Positions 35,273 through 42,884 of a stretch of 42,884 bases of DNA are shown here, piece by piece (position 1 is the first letter of the stretch; every line of letters begins with the position of its first letter). The notes under the pieces are model-generated. The model saw only the letters and a program-made list of their open reading frames with translations, was not told the origin of the DNA and did no database searches. Origin of the DNA: Candidatus Micrarchaeia archaeon. GTDB taxonomy: Archaea > Micrarchaeota > Micrarchaeia > Anstonellales > Bilamarchaeaceae. The stretch is from assembly GCA_046538155.1 (NCBI GenBank), contig JBKHJL010000005.1, forward strand, positions 1-42,884, in the 5' to 3' direction. Made by a program: the position numbers and the translations under genes.

Positions 35273-36622
35273 ATGCTAAAAGAGGTTTTTATCCAGAGGG
35301 TAGTTGACCCCTTTTTCTGGAAACTGCTCAAGGGTTCCAATCGTTATCAATACTATCTTTCAATGGAAAAGAAACAATGGCAGCCACTTGAGCAAAACCG
35401 GCAGGAGCAGGCAAAAAAACTTTTCCAGATTATCTCTTATGCTGAAAAAAATATTCCTTATTATAAAAAAATGATTCGCGATAATGAATTATCGTATTCT
35501 GAAGAAACTATTTTTTCAGATATTCTAAAATTTCCTATACTCACTAAAGAAATCATAAAAGATAATTCTTCTGATTTGACCAATCCATCGATGCAAGGCG
35601 TTTTGGACAGTTCTGGAGGCAGTACCGGAGAACCGATAACAATCATGCATGGAAAGAAGGCATTGGACTACATTGCGGCTACAAAAACCCTGTGCAAATC
35701 CTGGGCTGGCAGAAAACCTGGGGAGTTAATAATCAAATTATGGGGCTCAGACCGGGATATTATGCAAGGGGGACAGGGTATCAATGGGGTGCTTGTGGAA
35801 GCCGCTACCAATACAATTTTGCTCAACACCTTCCGCATGTCAGAATCTGATATGGAGGGGTATATCCAATTGATAAACAAAAAACACCCCAAATTGATTG
35901 TAGCTTATGTCCAGTCTGCTTATGAAATAGCGAGATTTGCCTTGGAGAATAACATTCATATTTCACCCCCAAGTGGGATAATGGTCTCTGCCGGAACTCT
36001 TTACCCCCATTTTAGGGAAGAGATTCAGAAAGCTTTCGGATGCCCAGTGTTCAATCGGTATGGGTGCAGGGAAGTAGGTGATATTGCATTTGATTGTGAT
36101 AAGCACGAAGGCCTTCACCTAAATACATTCCATCATTATCTAGAAATTCTAGATGAAGATCTGATTCCTATACAGAAAGAAGGGGAAAAAGGAGAAGTTT
36201 ATGTGACTACACTTAATGAATTTAAAATGCCTTTAATACGGTATAAAGTGGGGGACATTGCTACGTTTACCTCTCATGCCTGTTCTTGCGGAAGAGGACT
36301 GCCCATCCTCAAAGCAGTACATGGGAGAGACGTGGACCTTTTCATAAATTTTAATGGAGAGCTTATAGATGGAGAGTACTTCACCCATCTTTTCTATTTT
36401 TCTGATTGGGTGAAACAGTTTCAACTGGTCCAGAAAACCGTAGATTTCATAGAGATCAAAGTGGTTAAAAGAAAAGAAGAGAATAAAGAAGATATTGCCA
36501 ACATAACTGATAAGATAAAATTGGTGATGGGAAAAGATTGCGTCATTTCTTGGATTTTTGTTGAAGAGATCTCTGTATCCAAATCAGGAAAATACCGCTA
36601 TACTATTTCTCTTGTAAAATGA
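35273..36622 (+). CDS. Phenylacetate-CoA ligase/CapK-like adenylate-forming protein
   Basis: SGGSTGEP, RYGCREVG, MPLIRYKVGD, GR, SGKYR. Confidence 0.9.
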   Translation: MLKEVFIQRVVDPFFWKLLKGSNRYQYYLSMEKKQWQPLEQNRQEQAKKLFQIISYAEKNIPYYKKMIRDNELSYSEETIFSDILKFPILTKEIIKDNSSDLTNPSMQGVLDSSGGSTGEPITIMHGKKALDYIAATKTLCKSWAGRKPGELIIKLWGSDRDIMQGGQGINGVLVEAATNTILLNTFRMSESDMEGYIQLINKKHPKLIVAYVQSAYEIARFALENNIHISPPSGIMVSAGTLYPHFREEIQKAFGCPVFNRYGCREVGDIAFDCDKHEGLHLNTFHHYLEILDEDLIPIQKEGEKGEVYVTTLNEFKMPLIRYKVGDIATFTSHACSCGRGLPILKAVHGRDVDLFINFNGELIDGEYFTHLFYFSDWVKQFQLVQKTVDFIEIKVVKRKEENKEDIANITDKIKLVMGKDCVISWIFVEEISVSKSGKYRYTISLVK

Positions 36623-36717
36623 AATTAAGCAAGTGGATTTGGGATCTCTAAGAATTAAAATGCCCCTTAGAAAGATTTTTGAATTTGATTGAACAATCTT
36701 CTTCTGTGGGTGCATAA

Positions 36718-37347
36718 ATGATAGTTGATGAATGGGTTTTAAACTTAGTGAGAAACAAGGATGTTTTGGATCTAGGGGCATTGGGCAATTGGCGGGATAA
36801 TCTGAAGAAAAATAATTTGGACAATTGGTCATTTTTAAAGATCTTTCAAGAAAGCAGGACTGCTTTAGGGATAGATCTGGATAAAACTGGGGTGGATTTT
36901 GCAAATAAACATGGATTCACTAACATAATCTATGGAAATGCAGAGAAAATAGATCTAAATAAAAAATTTGATGTAATTATTGCGGGAGATATAATTGAAC
37001 ATGTTGATAACATGGGCAGCTTCCTAAATAGCTGCAAGAAGCATATGCATAGGAATTCAATCATGCTAATTTCTACCCCTAATCCATATGCCCTCAATTT
37101 CATTTTTTGGTCTTTGTTTTCTGATGTTGGCAACCGAATCCAACCAGAGCATACTAGTTGTCTTCACGAGAAAAATTTGAGGGTTTTGTTAGATCGTGCA
37201 GATCTACGCGTAACGAATATAAGATACTACACCATTATTGACAAAAGGAGTCTTCGTTTGAAGCTGACAAGTAGATTAATTAAGTTCATCGGTTCTTTTA
37301 GGAAACAGTTAAACCAAGCGTATATGGTGGAAATAATGCTGAAGTGA
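36718..37347 (+). CDS. Class I SAM-dependent methyltransferase
   Basis: VLDLGA, GID, FDVIIAGDIIEHV, ISTPN. Confidence 0.9.
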   Translation: MIVDEWVLNLVRNKDVLDLGALGNWRDNLKKNNLDNWSFLKIFQESRTALGIDLDKTGVDFANKHGFTNIIYGNAEKIDLNKKFDVIIAGDIIEHVDNMGSFLNSCKKHMHRNSIMLISTPNPYALNFIFWSLFSDVGNRIQPEHTSCLHEKNLRVLLDRADLRVTNIRYYTIIDKRSLRLKLTSRLIKFIGSFRKQLNQAYMVEIMLK

Positions 37348-37398
37348 AATTGCAACATAACGGATCTCAGCTATAAAAAATAAAATTCTCAAATCCAG

Positions 37399-37876
37399 GT
37401 GTGGGGGGGGAGATACCACTCAAAATTCGGAAACAATTTTCGAGTTTACTCCGTTGAAGATCTAAAAAAAGAACCATTGATTCTAATGAAAAGAATTTAC
37501 TCCTTCCTTGGAGTAGATGATTCGTTTTTTCCTGAACTTAAAACATTAAATAAAACACACTCCGTTTATCGCGTCCTTGCTCAAACCATTTTACTTACTT
37601 TTAGCATGAACTGGAAAGATGGGCATTAACCTGTTTATCAAAAAACATCTCGGTCAGAAGAGAGTATACCCAGCATTCGAAAAACACCATGGGCAAAATT
37701 TGAAAGATTTACAACAAAAAATTTCAAGCGAAAAAGTAAAAGATCTACCATTCAACTCTGAATTCTGGGCAACACTAGAAGAAGACTATCAAAAAGCTTT
37801 AGATTATTGTAAAAAGAAAAACATCCGAGATATCAAAAGAAAATTATGCGTGTGCATGCTTTCTTCTAAAGCGTAA
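37399..37876 (+). pseudogene. Degraded sulfotransferase-like remnant in two frames
   Basis: EDLKKEP...IYSFLGVDDSFFP resembles the sulfotransferase C-terminal motif; no N-terminal PAPS-binding region; frame break near 37620. Confidence 0.5.
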
Positions 37877-39161
37877 GGGTAGTTATCCCTCTTTCCGGCA
37901 ATCCGGTTCGAGGGCAAGAATTCTGCACATCCAACAAGATTCCACCTTTTTTCAATAGCTTAGAGATGTCTAGTTCCTTAAATGAATCATGCATTACAGT
38001 AACAATAGCGAAATCATATTCCCCTTCAGGTCGTTCAAGCACTTTATCTACATTGAATCTTTCAGATATACGCTTTTTTTCCACAAGCGGATCATAACAA
38101 CTGAGGTGCACACCATAACTCTTTAGCTCATTTGCAAGCTCAGCCGCTTGGGAATTGCGTATGTCCACTATATTCTCCTTGAAAGTAACTCCAAGCATTA
38201 TTCCCCGCGCTCCACTGACCGCTTTTCCTGTGGAACACAGCTTCTTGACGATTTTTTCCGCGGCATATTTTGCCATTCCATCATTTACCCGCCTTCCTGC
38301 GCTTATTACCTGCGGGTGGTGCCCCAGTCCCTCGGCTTTGTAAACCAAATAATATGGATCCACCGGGATGCAGTGCCCACCAACCAGCCCGGGCTTGAAC
38401 TTTAAAAAATTCCATTTCGTTCCAGCTGCCTCCAAAACCTGGTAAGTATCTATTCCCATCTTGTCAAAAATCACCGCGAGTTCGTTTACTAAAGCAATAT
38501 TCAGATCTCTTTGTACGTTCTCTATTATTTTTGCTGCTTCCGCAACCTTTATGCTTTTAGCAATGTATGTTCTTTCCACTATGGAGCGGTATAAAACATC
38601 AACCGCTTCTGAAATCTCCCGGTCACATCCGCTTACAATTTTTGTGGTATTCACTAGGGTATGTTCGCTGTCACCAGGGTTTATCCTTTCTGGGGAGTAC
38701 CCTATTTTAAAATCCCGTGGGAATTCCAGTCCGGATACCTCCGAAATTCGTTTTGCCATTATTTCCTCTGAAACTCCCGGGTAAACCGTGGATTCTAGGA
38801 TAACAAGCGCGCCCTTTCCAATAATCTTGCCCACTGTTTCGGAAGATCCGATCACTGGGCCTAAATCCGGAACTTTGTGCCCATCCACCGGAGTAGGAAC
38901 TGCGATTATATAGATGTCCGCCCCGCGTAAGTCTTCACGTGAACTAGAATATGTTATGCTTGGGTTGAGCAGCTTTTCTTTTGTTTCCTCTTTTGTGCGG
39001 TCCTCACCATTCTTAAGTTGTTCAACCCTTTGCTGGTTTATATCATAGGCAATTATTCGGAACCCCGCCTCCGCAAATTTTACAACAAGCGGGAGCCCCA
39101 CATATCCCAGGCCCAGCACCCCGATTTTTGCGTTTCTTTTTTTTATTTTTTCAATAAGCAT
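37866..39161 (-). CDS. UDP-N-acetylhexosamine 6-dehydrogenase (WbpO/TviB-like)
   Basis: GLGYVGLP, AVPTP, ESTVYPG, YSPERINPGD, ENVQRDLNIA, GGHCIPVDPYY, FKENIVDIRNS. Confidence 0.95.
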   Translation of the reverse strand: MLIEKIKKRNAKIGVLGLGYVGLPLVVKFAEAGFRIIAYDINQQRVEQLKNGEDRTKEETKEKLLNPSITYSSSREDLRGADIYIIAVPTPVDGHKVPDLGPVIGSSETVGKIIGKGALVILESTVYPGVSEEIMAKRISEVSGLEFPRDFKIGYSPERINPGDSEHTLVNTTKIVSGCDREISEAVDVLYRSIVERTYIAKSIKVAEAAKIIENVQRDLNIALVNELAVIFDKMGIDTYQVLEAAGTKWNFLKFKPGLVGGHCIPVDPYYLVYKAEGLGHHPQVISAGRRVNDGMAKYAAEKIVKKLCSTGKAVSGARGIMLGVTFKENIVDIRNSQAAELANELKSYGVHLSCYDPLVEKKRISERFNVDKVLERPEGEYDFAIVTVMHDSFKELDISKLLKKGGILLDVQNSCPRTGLPERGITTLTL

Positions 39162-39175
39162 GTTCCCACCGTTCT

Positions 39176-41060
39176 TTATTTTTGCCTAGCAACGTTTTTT
39201 ACATAATTGCTATACCAGCGCTCAAAACAGTAAAGCCCAGTTAGCATCTTGGAATGGTCTTTTTTTTCCGGATTCGTGTTCCATAAAAAGCCTTTCAATG
39301 AAGTTCCTGCGGAATATCCCATCAGCTAGTGCTTTGCCCCCAAGCACCCTCTTTCTGAAAGCACCATTCCATTCCTCCCGAATTAGGTCCCCTATCTTTA
39401 CACTGTATCCGAAACCCATTTTTTTTCCGTAGATCGTTTCTTCTGGCAGAATGCCTGCCATTGCTTTTTTCAGGATGTATTTGTTCTTTGAGGGGTCGGA
39501 CATGCTCCCCACTTTTTCTTCGAGCGGGAGCGAAAAGATATATTCCGCAAGTTTATGGTCCAGAAATGGGGCACGCACTTCCAGTGAATTCATCATCGCA
39601 GGCAAATCCGCTGCAGTAGTGACTGAATGGGAATTTTCCAGCATTATTCCTGCCCAGTTGGCATGTTCGATATACCAGTCAGAATCGCACCGTTTGCATT
39701 CTTCATCGATTATGCTTCCGAAGTCTTTTCCCCTTATCTCAGAGTAAGCATTTTCACTAAACAATCTTTCCAGCACTGCCGAATCCTTCCGGTATAGCTC
39801 CCCTTTCTTTTTCCAGTTTGGCACGGAGGCCATCCCCACGAATTCCCCCAACCCCCCTGGCAGCACCTTTGAAAGAAAAGAAAACATTCCTCGTGGAACG
39901 GGCTCAAGCGCATGAAAAATCCTTGAAACTAGCAGGGCCTTTCCGCTTCCATTATACCCAAAAAGCAATTCATCTGCGCCATGCCCGGTCAGGGTCACCT
40001 TTATTGACTCATCATGTATCTTCCGAAACAGCACAAATGAATATGCAAGGGGGGGCAAGTAAATCGGCTCTCCATAATAATCGATTATTTCATCGATTAT
40101 CTCCAACTGGTTTGGGCTGAATAAGAACTGCTGGTGGGTTGTACCAAAGAGCTGCGAGATTTTCTTTGCACGCCCAAGCTCCGGATCGGTTTCGTCCAAT
40201 CCATACGAATATGTTCTCACTCCCGGTTTGTCTTTCACGAGTACGCTCGTGATTGCGGATGAATCCAGCCCCCCAGAAAGAAGGAGGCTTATTTCCACAT
40301 CCGCAACTTCCCTTATTTTTATGGCTTCCTCTAATAATCCATAGAATTCCCCAACCGAATATTTTTCGTTTTTCTTGAAGCTTGGTTTCCAGTATCGGTT
40401 TAGCTCTTTGATTTCCCCGTTTTTGATTATCATAAACCCCGAGGGCGGAAGCCTCCGTATTCCTTTGTATATTGTGAATGGGTCTGGCACATGCCTGAAA
40501 TTGCGGAGGAAATAGTAACCCAGGGCTTCAAAATCTATTCCTGTGTCCAGCCCAGGGGCATTCTCTAGTATAGGTTTTATTTCGGAAGATATGAAAATTC
40601 CGTTTTCATTTTGGGCATAGAAAACAGGTTTTTGCCCGAACCTATCCCGTGCAACTAGGATCTCTTGCTTCTTTTCATCCAGAAGTATAAATGCAAACAT
40701 CCCCCGCAGCTCCTCAAGCATGTGCACCCCATATTCTTCGTAGAGATGCACAAGAACTTCTGTATCGGTATTTGATGAAAACCTGTGGCCTCCTTCCTCT
40801 AACCTCTCCCGCAATTCCTTGAAATTATAAATCTCCCCATTGAAAACAACCCAAACAGTTCCATCCTCGTTTTGCATGGGTTGCCTGCCAGCATCGCTAA
40901 GATCGATTATGCTCAGCCGGGTGTGCCCGAGGGCGGTATCTCCCTTCACATGGGTTCCGCTTCCGTCCGGCCCTCTTCTTTGGAGCAGCGCGTTCATGCC
41001 GTTTATTATTTTTGGAAGCTGCATTTTTTTCTTTGCAAAAATCCCATTAATTCCGCACAT
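39176..41060 (-). CDS. AsnB-like glutamine amidotransferase (glycan amidation); as sequenced it stops at 39222 because of a +1 frameshift in an A8 run
   Basis: MCGI, RGPD, HTRLSIIDLS, FNGEIYN, ARDRFGQKP, LSGGLDSS, GADELL, EVRAPFLD; the alternative frame gives GKKDHSKMLTGLYCFERW. Confidence 0.9.
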
Positions 41061-41061
41061 T

Positions 41062-42216
41062 TCAACCCTCTGCTGCTTCCCCCAGTATTTTTTCCATTTT
41101 TTCCATCCGGGTTTTTTCTGAGAATCTTTCTAGAAATATCTCCTTTGAGGCATCAGCCATAGATTTTCGCAACTGTTCATCCCCAATCAGCTTTCCCAGG
41201 TACTCCTCCAGCCTTTCTACCACTTTTGGGAATTCATGCTCTTTGGCATATTTTCCGATATCCTCATCCCAGAATCTGTCTGAGGGCAAATTGTTTTTTT
41301 CAAAATATCTAATAGGCGGTTCAATGAGAAATCCATTTTTTCCGTGTTTCACCATTTCTGGTATCGCGTATAAGTCAGTTGCAACAATTGGAAGGCCCCG
41401 GCTAAGCGCCTCCAGGAGAACAAGCCCGAATGAATCCTTGTAAGTGGGCAATACGAAGATATCACAGGAAGGATAAATCTCTGATAATAGCCTTTCCTTT
41501 GAAACGTTTGCTTCCATAAAAGTTATGCCTGGCATTTCCCGGTATTTTTCGATTATTTCCTTAGGGGTATTCGAGATTACAGTAAGCCTTGCATTGGGGA
41601 ATTTTTTACCTATCTTTTCAAATGCAATAAGCAGCTCCTTCCCCCCCTTTAGGTAAAATTGTGTTGAGATAAAAAGAAGGCGAACCTCATTTTGTTTGCG
41701 TTTTTTTGTAAAATCTGGTTTTGCAAAGGGATATACAACCTCACATTTCGCAAGAGCGGTTTTCCCGAATATTTTTCCCACCCCCTCCTTGCACGCTTCG
41801 CTAATGCATATTATTTTCCGGCACCTGTTTTCCATTAGCCTGTTTTTTATTATGTGCTTTGTGACGGGATTCTTTATTGCCCCCCAGTTGTAAAAAGTAA
41901 GGGAAGTGGGGTTGTCTAGCTCTATCACGTACGGTTTGTTGTTGGTGATTATCGCCCCCCAGGAATAGACCAAGTCTGAGTCCACTAATTTTCTGCTTTT
42001 GATATGTTTTGCGTTTATTAAGGGAAGGAGGCTAGCAATGCGCCTTTTTGTGGCCATCAATAGGTTCTTCCTTGAATACTGGATAAGCTGATGATCAATT
42101 ATAAACTTTTCCACGTCTGTAAGCGCTATTGCTCCCTTTGGCAGGTTTTGGATTGTTTCCCGCTGCCGCATCCGGTAATGCTTTTTTACGTTAAAGTATA
42201 TGGAAATATCGTCCAA
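41062..42216 (-). CDS. GT4-family glycosyltransferase
   Basis: KGG, DIFVLPT, DSFGLVLLEAL, IPEMV; TTG start after GGGGAG. Confidence 0.9.
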   Translation of the reverse strand: MDDISIYFNVKKHYRMRQRETIQNLPKGAIALTDVEKFIIDHQLIQYSRKNLLMATKRRIASLLPLINAKHIKSRKLVDSDLVYSWGAIITNNKPYVIELDNPTSLTFYNWGAIKNPVTKHIIKNRLMENRCRKIICISEACKEGVGKIFGKTALAKCEVVYPFAKPDFTKKRKQNEVRLLFISTQFYLKGGKELLIAFEKIGKKFPNARLTVISNTPKEIIEKYREMPGITFMEANVSKERLLSEIYPSCDIFVLPTYKDSFGLVLLEALSRGLPIVATDLYAIPEMVKHGKNGFLIEPPIRYFEKNNLPSDRFWDEDIGKYAKEHEFPKVVERLEEYLGKLIGDEQLRKSMADASKEIFLERFSEKTRMEKMEKILGEAAEG

Positions 42217-42442
42217 ACAAACTCCCCTCGGCGTTCCTGATCCAATTTACCTCATGATTCCTATAAAAACTATGTGGGTTACCCATATTTTAATAACATT
42301 TCTGATTTCCGATATGGGTTTGTTCCAACCGAGTATATCACCATTTGATTTTTCGTACTTTGGTCTTTCGAATAGAATTCCCACAAATTACCACCAAGCC
42401 TATTTAAAGTGTCTCTTTCTTACTTTTATTGGAACGGGAATC

Positions 42443-42884
42443 ATGAAAACGAGGGTTATCACTTTATTGGCAATGTTGCACTATCGCAATAACCTAAAAG
42501 TAGGGAAGGGGGTTGTTTTTGTTGATTTTCCTAGGGTCTGGGGAACATTAGCTGTCGGGGAGCATACGCGTTTTAGCGGAAAACTTACAATCAAAGGAGA
42601 TGTAACAATCGGGAAATATTGTGCATTTGGAGGAGACATCAGAATAATCACAGCGAATCACAGAACAGATCTTCTTGGTTTGCAATGCCAGTTTTATACA
42701 GAGCTTTTTGGAGAAAGTATATTGAAAAAAGGCCGAGTAAAAATAGGCAATAATGTTTGGGTTGGTGATGGGACAATACTGCTTCCGAATGTAACTGTGG
42801 GTAATGGTGCAGTTATAGGGGCAGGAACCATAGTGACCAGGGACATTCCACCATACTCAATTGCAGTGGGGAATCCTGCGAAGA
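42443..42884 (+). CDS. Hexapeptide-repeat (LbH) O-acetyltransferase, truncated by the window end; absent from the ORF track
   Basis: Manual translation: TIGKYCAFG...ANH...VKIGNNVWVG...VTVGNGAVIGAGTIVTRDIPPYSIAVGNPAK; start uncertain. Confidence 0.9.
   Translation, partial: MKTRVITLLAMLHYRNNLKVGKGVVFVDFPRVWGTLAVGEHTRFSGKLTIKGDVTIGKYCAFGGDIRIITANHRTDLLGLQCQFYTELFGESILKKGRVKIGNNVWVGDGTILLPNVTVGNGAVIGAGTIVTRDIPPYSIAVGNPAK

Overview
Archaeal chromosomal segment, probably a DPANN lineage such as Micrarchaeota (inference). Support: archaeal FEN1, aMBF1, DTD2, AlaRS and cupin PGI; CCA-less tRNAs with BHB-type introns, one at a non-canonical D-loop site; and bacterial-type GAPDH and MetK. The left 30 kb holds housekeeping genes, six tRNAs (three with introns) and a type IV pilus-like ATPase/platform pair embedded among polyprenyl-phosphate genes. 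It also holds several small accessory islets: an MNT-HEPN pair bounded by a duplicated tRNA-Val 3' end, a GHKL kinase/STAS pair beside tRNA-Met, a solo TnpB with its omegaRNA, and an ATPase-nuclease gene bounded by 50-bp direct repeats. The right 13 kb is a surface-glycan biosynthesis cluster. The most notable signal is the 65-nt tRNA-Met intron, which carries a box D/C' motif and an antisense guide placing C34 of its own anticodon at the D+5 position. Two genes have +1 homopolymer frameshifts. All calls come from reading motifs by eye; no searches were run.
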